Of a stretch of 64,000 nt of DNA, positions 36,985 through 46,497 are shown one piece after another. Made by a program: the position numbers and the translations under genes. Source of the stretch: Thermoanaerobaculia bacterium (GTDB taxonomy: Bacteria > Acidobacteriota > Thermoanaerobaculia > Multivoradales > Multivoraceae); the NCBI GenBank assembly GCA_965116145.1, contig OZ220482.1, positions 1,916,143 through 1,980,142 of the forward strand, written 5' to 3'. The notes beneath the pieces were generated by a model, which saw only the letters and a program-made list of their open reading frames with translations, was not told where the DNA came from and searched no databases. Numbering within the stretch: the first letter of the stretch is position 1; each line of letters begins with the position of its first letter.

Positions 36985-37764
36985 ATGAGGAATAACAGCT
37001 GGTTTCGGGGCGCGCTGCCGAGCGCGCTGTTCTTCGGATTGGTGACTGGAGGCCCTGCCCTTGGCCAGCAGCTTGACCCCGGCAAGCTGTACACGGACGG
37101 GAACACGAGCTGCGACTCGAACAGCAACTGCGCGTCCAACAGCAACAAAGTGAACGTGACGCCGAACTACGGAGGTACGCCCGGCGCCGGTAATCCGACC
37201 GCCCCAGGCAGTGGCAGCGGGTATGAAGGCACGGGCATGGGAGGCGGCACCTACGTAAGCCAAGAAGAGGTGAACAAGACCTTGACGGCAGTGACCGACT
37301 GGGAGATCGTCGACACCGAGGATCGCTGTGGCAAGAACTTCGATTTCAACGATCGGCTGGGCAGCGATCACGGCGGTCCGAACACGCAGCGACCGCACCA
37401 CGCGGGGGTTGACATCCAAGGAGACCCAGGTGACGCCATCTACGCTTGGAAGGGAGGGTATCTCGCTTTCCGTACCAAATGGGACGGTCTACCTTACGAC
37501 ACTACCAATACTGCGTGCGGACACGGTGTCACAATTAACCACATAGACGGCAGCAAGACATGGTACTGTCATCTGGCTGCACTTCCCAGGACGAGCGGCT
37601 GGATCAGCGCTGGCGACGTGGTTGGCCGCGTGGGATCCACTGGCAAGTCGTGGGGTCCCCACGTCCATGTCGGCCACACGGACACTGATGGTAACCACGC
37701 TGAGTACTTCGACTACACGTCCGATCGGCCTGAGGACAGCGAGCTGAATCCTGATGGCTGTTGA
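36985..37764 (+). CDS. secreted M23-family (LytM/lysostaphin-like) metallopeptidase
   Basis: Signal peptide MRNNSWFRGALPSALFFGLVTGGPALGQQ. Gly/Ser/Asn-rich linker. M23 catalytic motifs HHAGVD (HxxxD) and HVHVGH (HxH). Strong RBS TAGGAGAG. GC visibly lower than flanks. Confidence 0.8.
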   Translation: MRNNSWFRGALPSALFFGLVTGGPALGQQLDPGKLYTDGNTSCDSNSNCASNSNKVNVTPNYGGTPGAGNPTAPGSGSGYEGTGMGGGTYVSQEEVNKTLTAVTDWEIVDTEDRCGKNFDFNDRLGSDHGGPNTQRPHHAGVDIQGDPGDAIYAWKGGYLAFRTKWDGLPYDTTNTACGHGVTINHIDGSKTWYCHLAALPRTSGWISAGDVVGRVGSTGKSWGPHVHVGHTDTDGNHAEYFDYTSDRPEDSELNPDGC

Positions 37765-39022
37765 CGTGAATCCTTTCGCAATCCTGCGGGGCATGGCGTT
37801 CTGCGGGCTGTCTCTGGCAGCGGCAACCGCCGCGACGGCTCGACCTGCGGAGTCGATACCTGTTCCCGGCGTAGAAGAGCCCGATGGACCGAGCGGGTTC
37901 GTCGGGAACGACGGACAGGTAGTCCTTCTGGCGAAGAACGACTCCGGTCAAGTGCACCTCCTGATCTGGAAGGGAACCGGTGTGCGCAGGCTCGATCTGC
38001 CTGGAGCACTCGACGGTCTTCTGCATGGAACAGAGCCTCTGTCGGACGACCGATTCGTTCTCCGTAGCGTGCCGGACGATGGTTCCAGTCACGGCGGGCC
38101 GGTCTCCACTCAAATCTACCGCCTTACCGGGACAGGCAAGGCAAGGCTGCTCTGGACGGCAAGCGAGGCGGACTACGCACGCTCTCGCATTCGGATCTCG
38201 GGCGACGGCAAGGTCTGGGGCGTCATGGCACCCAGTCGTGCTGCGAAGAAGACGAACGACGGCCGCAGAATCCGGTCGAAGTCCCGCAACGTGGTGTCAG
38301 GAATCCACTTCGCGTTCGGCAACTTCAAGTCCCCGAAGATTCGTCGGAAGTATGCCGTGATGTTTCATGATTGGGTCGACGATCGCGACATTGAAGGGAC
38401 CGGCCAAGCCACGAACTTCATTTTTCTGGATTCCGATGGTCCCGTTCTCGTGGCTCCCTATGCGGACTATATGTACCTTCTGCGCTTCGGGGACTCCGGG
38501 GTCACCTCGCAGCAGATTGAACCGATGAAGCCGCTGATGAAGGCGGTAGCGGGTGTGGTCTGGTTGGAATGGCAGGATGAGGATCGGGTTCTCTGGTCGG
38601 GCGGCACCGGAGAGTGGTTGGCCTGGAACCTGTGGGATCTCGGCCTGTCCGGCTTTCCCGAAGAGCCTTTTCTGAGTTTCTCGGACAGCTACTCGGGAAG
38701 ACCGCATCGCATGCGAGGGTTCGTCAGGACGATCCGCGATGGAGACCGCTACCGCGTCGAGCATCTCTGGCAGAACCCCCAGAGCCCGAACTGGAAGGAG
38801 CGTCGCATCTCCGACTGGCAGCAGGGAACGCCCATCGGATTTCCGGACGTCAGTCCCGACGGTCGTCATGTCCTGGTGTTCGAGCAGCGACTGCCGGACG
38901 AGGACACGAGCGGTCAGCCGATTGTGGAGGGCGAGCAGGAAGCGGAGAGGCTGCCTCGCTACTACGCAACGCGCTTCGAGCTGTTCCCGGCGCCGGTCGA
39001 GCCGCCCGAACCGGCGCCGTGA
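37754..39022 (+). CDS. secreted hypothetical protein (beta-propeller/TolB-like features)
   Basis: Signal-like N-terminus MAFCGLSLAAATAATARPAE. Repeated SPDG/DG motifs (DVSPDGRHVLVFEQ) reminiscent of TolB-type propeller blades. Overlaps the M23 gene by 11 nt. Lower GC. Start uncertain (ATG 37754 or 37793). Confidence 0.55.
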   Translation: MAVDVNPFAILRGMAFCGLSLAAATAATARPAESIPVPGVEEPDGPSGFVGNDGQVVLLAKNDSGQVHLLIWKGTGVRRLDLPGALDGLLHGTEPLSDDRFVLRSVPDDGSSHGGPVSTQIYRLTGTGKARLLWTASEADYARSRIRISGDGKVWGVMAPSRAAKKTNDGRRIRSKSRNVVSGIHFAFGNFKSPKIRRKYAVMFHDWVDDRDIEGTGQATNFIFLDSDGPVLVAPYADYMYLLRFGDSGVTSQQIEPMKPLMKAVAGVVWLEWQDEDRVLWSGGTGEWLAWNLWDLGLSGFPEEPFLSFSDSYSGRPHRMRGFVRTIRDGDRYRVEHLWQNPQSPNWKERRISDWQQGTPIGFPDVSPDGRHVLVFEQRLPDEDTSGQPIVEGEQEAERLPRYYATRFELFPAPVEPPEPAP

Positions 39023-39101
39023 CCTCAGCGGCATCGGCGACCGGGCGCTTCCGTCAAGCTGCCGGCCCCCGGAGAGCCCGGGCCGTGCCTGGCGCCGTGG
39101 A

Positions 39102-40409
39102 TCACCGGTCCGCCGAAGCCGGGCCCGGGAGGCCCACCGTGACGAACATCCGGTCCGGGTCCAGGTGTCGGCGCGCCGCCTGGAAGACGCCGTCGGGGCA
39201 GAGCCGTTCGATCCGTTCCAGCCGCCAGGAACGTCGATAGCTCGGCAGGTCGAAGAGCAGCGCGTCCACGAGCTGTCCGGTCCACAGGCCGGCGGTCTCG
39301 GTCAGGAACGCCTCGCGGCCGAACATGCCGGTCCGGCACGCCTCGAGGACGGCGGCTTCGGGCGGGCGCTCCAGCACCTCGAGCAGCGCATCGCGCACCA
39401 GCTCGAGGGCGCGCTCGACGTGGTCCGGGTGAGTGCCGAGATAGACCGAGAGCGCACCAGGATCGGCGCCGGCGCCGGCCAGCAGGTCGACGTGGGCGGC
39501 GTACGCGAGCCCCTCCTGTTCGCGAATGCGGTTGGGAATCAGCCCGGCCAGACCGTCCGACCCGAGCAGGATGCCGAGGGCGCGCAGCTCCGGCAGGTCG
39601 GGATGCCTCCGATCGACGGTGAAGTGACCGGTGTACACGTGCGCCTGCTCGCGCGAACCGGCGGCGACCTCGATCCGCCGTTCAGACCGACCTTGCGGCC
39701 TGGGCGGTTCGGCGCGGAGGACTCCACCGGCGGCCGCTTCCGGCGCGGCGCCGCCGCCGAACAGTCGGTCCAGGTCCGAGAGCACCGCCTCTTCGTCGAT
39801 GTCGCCGGTCACGGCGACCACACCGCCGCGCGCCACGGCCTGCTCGTGGAATTGCCGGCAGTCGCGGGGCGTCAACCGCGCCAGCGATTCGGCTGTCCCC
39901 TGGCTCGGCGACGCCAGCGGGTGCGGGTGGTAGAGCTGATCGCGGAAGGTCCAGCCGGTGACGACGTCAGGTCGGTCCGCCAGACTTCGGAGTTCGCCCA
40001 GGGTCTGGTCGCGCAGGAGTTCGAAGCGTGCCCGATCGAAGGCGGGTTCGAGCAGCAGTTCGGCCAGCCAACCGAGCGCAAGCCCGGCATCGTCGGCCAG
40101 CGCATTGATCGTCAGGCCATGGACCTCGGCGGTTGCCAGCCCGCTCAGCGAGACGCCGCGCGCCTCGGCCTGCTCGGCGATCTCGCTCCAGGTTCGCCGG
40201 GAGCTGCCCTCGACCAGCATGCGGCCGCACAGCAAGGACAGCCCGGGCAGCGGCTCGCGCCGGCCGCCGCCGCGCAGCCAGGCCTGCGCCGCAACCACGC
40301 CGGAGTCCGGCACGCGAAGCGCGGCAAGCCGGAGTCGGCCCGACCAGAGGTCGAGCCGCAGCGGCTCGCGCCCACGGGAGAGGGACACCCCGGCACCACT
40401 CGCGGTCAC
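39102..40409 (-). CDS. M16-family peptidase, non-catalytic-type subunit
   Basis: Insulinase fold (paired with upstream M16 gene) but no HxxEH motif. 435 aa. GTG start overlapping the upstream stop (GTGA). Confidence 0.7.
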   Translation of the reverse strand: MTASGAGVSLSRGREPLRLDLWSGRLRLAALRVPDSGVVAAQAWLRGGGRREPLPGLSLLCGRMLVEGSSRRTWSEIAEQAEARGVSLSGLATAEVHGLTINALADDAGLALGWLAELLLEPAFDRARFELLRDQTLGELRSLADRPDVVTGWTFRDQLYHPHPLASPSQGTAESLARLTPRDCRQFHEQAVARGGVVAVTGDIDEEAVLSDLDRLFGGGAAPEAAAGGVLRAEPPRPQGRSERRIEVAAGSREQAHVYTGHFTVDRRHPDLPELRALGILLGSDGLAGLIPNRIREQEGLAYAAHVDLLAGAGADPGALSVYLGTHPDHVERALELVRDALLEVLERPPEAAVLEACRTGMFGREAFLTETAGLWTGQLVDALLFDLPSYRRSWRLERIERLCPDGVFQAARRHLDPDRMFVTVGLPGPASADR

Positions 40410-41698
40410 GGCGCGTCGACCGGCAGCGACCAGCCGACAACCCGGGTCGCCGGGGCCAGCCAGTCCGCGCAGGCGGCGCGGACGTCGGCGGCGGTGGCGC
40501 GGGCGAGCACCTCGTACGAGTCACGACTGAAGCCGGGAAAGAAGAGAGCGTGCTCGATGGCGGCCGAGATCGCCCGTTCTGCGACTCGCTCGTGCAGGAA
40601 CACCCAGTCGGCGAACAGCACGCGCTTCGCCCGATCGAGTTCCGCCGCGGACGGCGGGCTCGCGGCAAGCTGGTCGATCCGTGCGCACACCTCGGCTTCC
40701 AGGCGAGCAGGCTCGACCCCGATCGCCGTTTCCGCCGCCAGGGTCGACATGCCGCCGAGCCGGTGACCGCTGGACGCGCCGGCGGCCCACAGCGCCAGCG
40801 GCTCCAGTTCGACCAGGTCGTGCTGGATGCGGCTCGCACGGCCGCTGGCAAGGACGGTCAGAGCAAGACGGACATGGACGTGGAGCGGGTCATCGGCGGC
40901 CGGCGCCGGATGCGCAACCAGGAGCCGTGCCGTATCGCCCCGGCGCAGCTCGACCCGGCAGGCAGACCCGCGAGCGAAGACGGGCGGCCCGGCGCGGTCG
41001 CTGCAGGCGGACGGCCGCGGGACGCAGGCGTCCTCGGAAACGCCGTTGCCGAGGATCGCCTCGATCCGATCCGCCGCATCCGGCGGCAGACCTCCGGCGG
41101 CGGCAAGAACTGCCCGGTCGGGGCGATAGTGGCGGCGGTGAAACGAACCGAGGGACGCACCGTTCAGCCGGCGCAGGCTCTCCCTGGTCCCGAGCACGGG
41201 GCGGCCATACGGATGGCCGCCGAAGACGCGCTCTGCCACTGCCTGCCCCAGAACGTCCCAGGGATCGTCCTCGACCATCCGGATCTCCTCGACGATGACC
41301 TCGCGCTCGCTCTCGACCTCTTCCGGCAGCAGGCTCAGGCTCCGCATCCGATCCGCCTCGATCCTCAGCGCCTCCTCCCAGAAGCTGCAGGCGAACCGGA
41401 AGTGGTAAGCAGTGACGTCGTGCGAGGTGAACGCGTTGTTCGTGCCGCCGAAGCCCTGGGTCACGCGGTCGATCGCTCCCGGCGGATAGCGCGTCGAGCC
41501 CTTGAACATCATGTGCTCCAGGAAGTGCGCGAGCCCCGCCTCGTCCGGGACCTCGTCCCGGCTGCCGGCCCGGTAGCACAGGACGGTCACGATCGACTCG
41601 GCGTCCGCCTGCGGCAGCAACACGACCGTCAGACCGTTATCCAGGACCTGCGCCTCGGCGGTCACCCGGTCGAACACGCTCAGATCGATCGTCGTCAC
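40406..41698 (-). CDS. M16-family zinc peptidase (HxxEH inverzincin motif)
   Basis: GLAHFLEHMMFKGS (HxxEH) ... EREVIVEEI. GTG 41698 overlaps the phosphoesterase stop (GTGA). Track N-terminal 62 aa trimmed. Confidence 0.8.
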   Translation of the reverse strand: MTTIDLSVFDRVTAEAQVLDNGLTVVLLPQADAESIVTVLCYRAGSRDEVPDEAGLAHFLEHMMFKGSTRYPPGAIDRVTQGFGGTNNAFTSHDVTAYHFRFACSFWEEALRIEADRMRSLSLLPEEVESEREVIVEEIRMVEDDPWDVLGQAVAERVFGGHPYGRPVLGTRESLRRLNGASLGSFHRRHYRPDRAVLAAAGGLPPDAADRIEAILGNGVSEDACVPRPSACSDRAGPPVFARGSACRVELRRGDTARLLVAHPAPAADDPLHVHVRLALTVLASGRASRIQHDLVELEPLALWAAGASSGHRLGGMSTLAAETAIGVEPARLEAEVCARIDQLAASPPSAAELDRAKRVLFADWVFLHERVAERAISAAIEHALFFPGFSRDSYEVLARATAADVRAACADWLAPATRVVGWSLPVDAP

Positions 41699-42555
41699 GC
41701 CAGCTCGCAGTCGTGGACCGCTCCGACCTCGAAGCGGCCGCGGCCCTCGGACCAGACCAGTTGCTCCACCCGGGCGTTTCGGTCCCCGGGTCCCGCCGCC
41801 AGGGTGATCCAGTTGCAGCTCCGGCTGCCCTGCTCCACTCCCCGGCCCCGTCTCGACGTGGACGTTCCACTGTGGACCAGCCATGGCCGCCGGGGGCCCT
41901 CAGGCGCCCGGCCCAGGGCGGCGACATGGACATGCCCCGACAGGACCAGATCGACATCGGCCGCGGCGAACGCGGCCAGCGCCTCGCCGCTGCGTCGGGC
42001 CACGGGCCAGCCCATGAGTTCGGGCAGGGCCGCCAGCGGGTGGTGGGCGACCGCGACGCGCACCGGACGCAGCGGCGCCGGCGGCGACGGATCTCCAGTC
42101 GACAGATCGGGCGCCGGTTGCGCGGCGCCAGGCCTGCGGGATCCGAACCGCTCGCGGATGCGGGCCAACTGCCTGGCGGTGAAGCGGCCCCGGTCGATCG
42201 TCAGGTGGAAGGCCGTGTTGAAACCGACGACCTCCATCTCGTCGTCCGCGAAGGCCGGTTCGAGATCGGCGCTGAAGTGACGGCGGTACGCACCGTAACT
42301 GTCGGCCAGCCGTTCCCAGAACCGGTACATGGGAACGTCGTGATTGCCCGGCACGGCAAGATACGGGCATCCCAGACCGTCGAGAAACCGGCGCGCCTGC
42401 CGGAACTGCGCCACCCGGGCGCGCTGGGTCAGGTCGCCCGAGACGACGACGAGGTCGGGCCGCTTCTCGGCAACCAGCGCCTCGACGCCCGCAGCCGCCG
42501 ACCGGTCGTGCGGCGGCCCGAAGTGGATATCGGAGATGTGGAGCAGGCGGCGCAG
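41695..42555 (-). CDS. calcineurin-like metallophosphoesterase (start codon unresolved; possible CTG start or frameshift)
   Basis: In-frame sequence upstream of track start 42414 continues without stop: SLRRLLHISDIHFGPPHDRSAAAGVEALVAEKRPDLVVVSGDLTQRARVAQFRQ...GNHD. These are the conserved phosphoesterase motifs I and II. No ATG/GTG/TTG in frame; a CTG at 42555 gives MRRLLHISDIHFG with GGGGA 9 nt upstream. Confidence 0.55.
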   Translation of the reverse strand: MRRLLHISDIHFGPPHDRSAAAGVEALVAEKRPDLVVVSGDLTQRARVAQFRQARRFLDGLGCPYLAVPGNHDVPMYRFWERLADSYGAYRRHFSADLEPAFADDEMEVVGFNTAFHLTIDRGRFTARQLARIRERFGSRRPGAAQPAPDLSTGDPSPPAPLRPVRVAVAHHPLAALPELMGWPVARRSGEALAAFAAADVDLVLSGHVHVAALGRAPEGPRRPWLVHSGTSTSRRGRGVEQGSRSCNWITLAAGPGDRNARVEQLVWSEGRGRFEVGAVHDCELA

Positions 42556-42582
42556 CGATGTCGTCCCCGACGATCCCGGGTC

Positions 42583-42846
42583 CTACCGGACCAGGAAGCT
42601 GCGTGCGCTCTCATCAATCCGCTCGCCGGCGAAATCGCCCAGAATCCCGAGAATCTCCTTGCCGCGGGCGCACCCGATCAGGAAGCCGACCGAGGCCGCC
42701 ACCGCCACCGAGGCCAGCGGATACTCGCGCACGAGCGACACCCAGTCGAGACCGGGCGTCAGGCTGCCGACGATCCGGTCTTCGATTGCCGGCTGTTCAG
42801 GATCGCCGGTCACGACGCAGCACAAGGCCCAGCGCGAACCCCGCAA
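42583..42846 (-). CDS. small hypothetical membrane protein (possible YqjE-like partner of the ElaB-like gene)
   Basis: 87-aa ORF with one hydrophobic segment (PLASVAVAASVGFLIGCA). Overlaps the upstream gene's 3' end by about 50 nt; no strong RBS. Confidence 0.25.
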   Translation of the reverse strand: MRGSRWALCCVVTGDPEQPAIEDRIVGSLTPGLDWVSLVREYPLASVAVAASVGFLIGCARGKEILGILGDFAGERIDESARSFLVR

Positions 42847-43189
42847 CGGCGGCGATCAGCACCGCCCTGCCGGGGTTGTCCCGGACATACACGTTCACGT
42901 CACCGATCAGTTGATCGAGGTCCTTGCGCGCGCGCTCGTAACCGTGGCCGAGCTTCTCCCTGGCCGCGCCGTAGCCTTCCCGGGCCGCCTCGCCGGCACG
43001 GGTGGACGCCTTCTTGACCCGCGCCGAGAGCCTCGACTCCCGCATCTGCTCGCGCGCCGCGTCCACGCCGTGACCTACCGCCGAGCGGGCCTTCTCGACA
43101 CCCTCGGCAACCGCCTCCCGGGCGAGATCCATCGACGTCACGTTGCTGCCGCCGTCCTCGTCGCCTTCCGTCTTCCTGGCGTTGCTCAT
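42797..43189 (-). CDS. DUF883 (ElaB/YqjD/YgaM-like) membrane-anchored protein
   Basis: MSNARKTEGDEDGG..., repeated A/R/E-rich helical region, C-terminal anchor RDNPGRAVLIAAVAGFALGLVLRR. ATG 43189. Confidence 0.6.
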   Translation of the reverse strand: MSNARKTEGDEDGGSNVTSMDLAREAVAEGVEKARSAVGHGVDAAREQMRESRLSARVKKASTRAGEAAREGYGAAREKLGHGYERARKDLDQLIGDVNVYVRDNPGRAVLIAAVAGFALGLVLRRDRRS

Positions 43190-43347
43190 GTTCGTCTTCT
43201 TCGTTGATCGTGGTTGATGGTCGGGGATACCTGCCGCCGACGGGGAACGCCGCACGACAAGCCCCATGTCAGCCCGCCGAGCATACACCCTGCGCTGCTA
43301 CAATCGAACGCCCCGACGGTCCGGCGGCGCATCCGGGGACGTCTCGT

Positions 43348-43423
43348 GGGGCAGTAGCTCAGCTGGGAGAGCACCACGTTCGCAACGTGGGGGTCGAGGG
43401 TTCAAGTCCCTTCTGCTCCACCA
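43348..43423 (+). tRNA. tRNA-Ala (anticodon CGC)
   Basis: GGGGCAG-TA-GCTCAGCTGGGAGAGC-A-CCACG-TTCGCAA-CGTGG-GGGTC-GAGGGTTCAAGTCCCTT-CTGCTCC-ACCA. G3:U70 Ala identity pair; CCA encoded. Confidence 0.85.
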
Positions 43424-43563
43424 TTCCACGATCGCGCCTCCGCACGCGGGTCGGTCAGACGCGTCGTCGACTCCGGGCTCGGCCCCCGCTTCCTCACGAC
43501 CTGGCGTTGTGGAATCGCTGCACCGCGTTCTGCAACGCAGGTTCCTCCTGGCCGGGTAGCTGC

Positions 43564-44328
43564 CTAATCGTCCGGCCCCCGGCCGTCCGGGTCTTCCTGC
43601 GCGCGCCCCATCATGGGCACGAATCGCACGACATCGACCTGGCGGCGCTCGAGCCCGTCGGGGGTCTTGCGAATGACCACCAGGTCCTGGAGGGTTCCGC
43701 CGACCGGGGCAACCAGGATGCCGCCCACCTTGAGCTGCTCGATCAACGGCGGCGGCACTTCGGCCGGCGCCGCGGACACCAGGATACCGTCGAAGGGCGC
43801 CTCCTCCGGCCATCCCCGATAGCCGTCGCCGACCCGCACCTCCACGTTCCGGTAGCCCAGTTCGTCCAGAACGGCCTGCGCCCGCTCCGCCAGGTCGTCG
43901 ATGATCTCGATGGAGTAGACGCGGCGGGACATGCGCGCCAGCACCGCGGTCGTGTAGCCCGAGCCGGTGCCGACCTCGAGCAGCTTCTCGTCGCCGTCGA
44001 GTTCGAGCAGGTCCGCCATCAACGCCACCAGATAGGGCTGGGCAGAGGTCTGGCCGGATCCGATCCGTACCGGTCGATCGCCGTAGGCATCGTTGCGCAG
44101 AGGGTCCGGCACGAACTCGTGACGGGGCACCGCCCTGAGCGCGTTCAAAAGTCTCGGTTCCTCGATGCCCCGACCCACGATCTGCTCTTCGACCATGTCG
44201 CTGCGCTGTGCCTCGAACAGGTCGTTGGCGCCAGGCGGCTGCGCCGCGGCGCCCGCCGCAGCGAAACCGCAGACGCCGGCAAGCGCAACGACGGCCGACA
44301 GCGAAGCCCGACCCGACCTGGCCCGCAT
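43564..44328 (-). CDS. pcm: protein-L-isoaspartate O-methyltransferase with N-terminal signal peptide
   Basis: Signal MRARSGRASLSAVVALAGVCGFAAAGAAAQ. VPRHEFVP, LLEVGTGSGYTTAVLA, GGILVAPVG. Confidence 0.8.
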   Translation of the reverse strand: MRARSGRASLSAVVALAGVCGFAAAGAAAQPPGANDLFEAQRSDMVEEQIVGRGIEEPRLLNALRAVPRHEFVPDPLRNDAYGDRPVRIGSGQTSAQPYLVALMADLLELDGDEKLLEVGTGSGYTTAVLARMSRRVYSIEIIDDLAERAQAVLDELGYRNVEVRVGDGYRGWPEEAPFDGILVSAAPAEVPPPLIEQLKVGGILVAPVGGTLQDLVVIRKTPDGLERRQVDVVRFVPMMGRAQEDPDGRGPDD

Positions 44329-44440
44329 CGATCTCGGCGTCAACGGACAGATCCCTTCACGACACGATTGCACAACATCCTGCCCAGTTCCCTGCACACT
44401 CGCCTATTGTAGGCAAACATCGTGCCGGATCGTCACGCGG

Positions 44441-46108
44441 TCAGCGCACCGACGGGCCGTCGGGCCGGTAGCGGGTCAGCACGACCGTCTGATCGTCCCC
44501 CTGCGGCAGGCCCGCGCCGAAGCGGCGCACCTCGACATCGATGCCGGCCACGATCTCCGACAGGGGGCGCTCGCGGTGTTCCCGCAGGAACGCCTCCAGC
44601 CGGCCCTGTCCGTACTCCTCGCCGTCCGGCGACTCGCATTCCGTGATGCCGTCGCTGTACAGACAGAGGAGGCTGCCCGGCTCCATCTCCACCGGTTCTA
44701 CCCGATAGCTCGCGGAGGGAAGCAGGCCCAGCGGCAATCCGCTAGCCGGAAGCGGGCTGACCTCGCCGCCGCCGTCCACAAGCAGGCCGGGGTTGTGTCC
44801 CGCGTTGAGGTACCGGACGGCGCAGGTGCGCGGATCGATCTCGGTGAGGATCAACGTGATGAAGCGGTTCGTAGCGCTGGTTTCGACGATGTGCTTGTTC
44901 AGGCGGTCGAAGAGCTCCGGCGAGAGCTCGGCTCCCGCACGTTCTCCTACCCGTCGGCAGTCGTCGACGAGCAACCGCAACGCCGAGTCGAGAGTGGACA
45001 CGAGGAGCGCGGCCGGCATGCCCTTGCCGGTGACATCGGCGACCACGAGACCGCGACGCGCCCCGGCGAACCGAAGCGAACCGTAGTAGTCGCCGCCGAC
45101 CTGGCGCGAAGGGCGACTCCAGCCCACCGTCTCGAAGCAGCCCGCGTTCGGCATCTCGGCGGGCAGGATGTTGCGCTGGATCTCGGCCGCAAGCTCCACT
45201 TCCCGCTCCAGGCGTTCCTTCTCGAGCGCCTGCTGGTGGAGCTTCGCGTTGGTCAGTGCAATGGCAGCCTGGTTGGCGAACAGCGACAGCGCCCGATGGT
45301 CGGACGCGGCGAAGGGACCCACTCCCGTCCGGCTCTCCTTGTCGGCGACCACCAGCAGGCCGACACTGCCGCGGCCGCCGTCGCCTTCGACTGGAACCGC
45401 GAGCGAGTGTTCCGCGGCCGGGATGACGCCCGCCGCCGCTGCGCTCGGATCGGCGTCCTTGTGGCCCGAATCCGCGTCGTCCGGCATCCCGGCTGCCGAC
45501 GCCTCGATCACCTCGCGGGCGCCGCCGCCGATGGTGCCGGCAAGAGCGAGACGGCCCTCGGCGTCCCGCAGATAGAACGCGCCCCGCCGCGCGTCCAGCA
45601 GGGACACCGCTCGCAGCAGGATCTCCTCGGTCAGTTCGTCCAGGTTGAGGGTCGAGGCGATCGCCAGTCCCACGTCGTAGACCGCCTGAAGAGTCACGAC
45701 GTTGTAGTTGTCCTGGAACTTCCGATCCTTCAGTTCGTCCGCCAGCTCCCGCAGGCGCAAGCCGATGGCCAGCACCCCGGCCAGGGCGGTGTCGGCGGCC
45801 GCGCCCTCGAGGGTCCCGCCGGCGCCGTCACCGGCGCAACAGAGGACCAGGTCGTGCCCGAGACTGCGTTCACGCCTGCCAAGCGCTCCCCACGACGCGA
45901 TCGGGCCGCCGTCGCGCCGGTAGATCTGGGCGCCGTCCAGACCGACGGCCCGACACCAGTGCCTTACCAGCCGCGTCTGGGCGGCGCCGCTCTCCCAGGC
46001 AGCGATGTCCGCTGACGCCGCCAGCCGCCAGAGCTCGAGGTCCAGCCCGGCGCCGGCCGTCGATGTCGACACGGACCCCCGGGCCGAACCGGCGGCCGCC
46101 GAGGTCAC
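44441..46108 (-). CDS. GAF-domain PP2C-type serine phosphatase (RsbU/SpoIIE family)
   Basis: N-terminal GAF-like region; C-terminal PP2C/SpoIIE core (RNILPAEMP, GGDYYG, VADVTGKGMPAALL, LYSDGITE). GTG start overlaps the STAS gene stop (GTGA). Confidence 0.8.
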   Translation of the reverse strand: MTSAAAGSARGSVSTSTAGAGLDLELWRLAASADIAAWESGAAQTRLVRHWCRAVGLDGAQIYRRDGGPIASWGALGRRERSLGHDLVLCCAGDGAGGTLEGAAADTALAGVLAIGLRLRELADELKDRKFQDNYNVVTLQAVYDVGLAIASTLNLDELTEEILLRAVSLLDARRGAFYLRDAEGRLALAGTIGGGAREVIEASAAGMPDDADSGHKDADPSAAAAGVIPAAEHSLAVPVEGDGGRGSVGLLVVADKESRTGVGPFAASDHRALSLFANQAAIALTNAKLHQQALEKERLEREVELAAEIQRNILPAEMPNAGCFETVGWSRPSRQVGGDYYGSLRFAGARRGLVVADVTGKGMPAALLVSTLDSALRLLVDDCRRVGERAGAELSPELFDRLNKHIVETSATNRFITLILTEIDPRTCAVRYLNAGHNPGLLVDGGGEVSPLPASGLPLGLLPSASYRVEPVEMEPGSLLCLYSDGITECESPDGEEYGQGRLEAFLREHRERPLSEIVAGIDVEVRRFGAGLPQGDDQTVVLTRYRPDGPSVR

Positions 46109-46464
46109 GAAGCCTCGGTCCGAAGCTCGATCACCGCCGACTGTTCGTCCGGGAAGATGCTGGAGTACTGCGACAGACCCATGATACGGAAGGTCTTCTC
46201 GATGGTCGGGGTGAGATTGCAGAAGGACAACCGGCCCTCCACCTCGATCATCCTCTCGATGATCTCGATCAGGATGGAGATGCCGATCGAGTTCACGATC
46301 TTCGTGCCGGCGAGGTTCAGCAGCAGGGTCCGGTAGCCGTCGTCCAGCAGAACATACGCTGCCTCTGCGATCTCCTCACCGCCCTGGTTGTTGATGTAGC
46401 CGTCGGTATAGATCACCGCCAGGCCGTCGCGGCGTTCCACCTTCAATCTGAGTACTTCGGTCAT
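46105..46464 (-). CDS. STAS-domain anti-sigma-factor antagonist (RsbV/SpoIIAA-like)
   Basis: MTEVLRLKVERRDGLAVIYTDGYINNQGGEEI... STAS fold with phosphorylatable Ser context (KIVNSIGISIL). ATG 46464. Confidence 0.75.
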   Translation of the reverse strand: MTEVLRLKVERRDGLAVIYTDGYINNQGGEEIAEAAYVLLDDGYRTLLLNLAGTKIVNSIGISILIEIIERMIEVEGRLSFCNLTPTIEKTFRIMGLSQYSSIFPDEQSAVIELRTEAS

Positions 46465-46497
46465 GGCTGCCACCAGACTTCCTCGCTCGGCAGAGCG

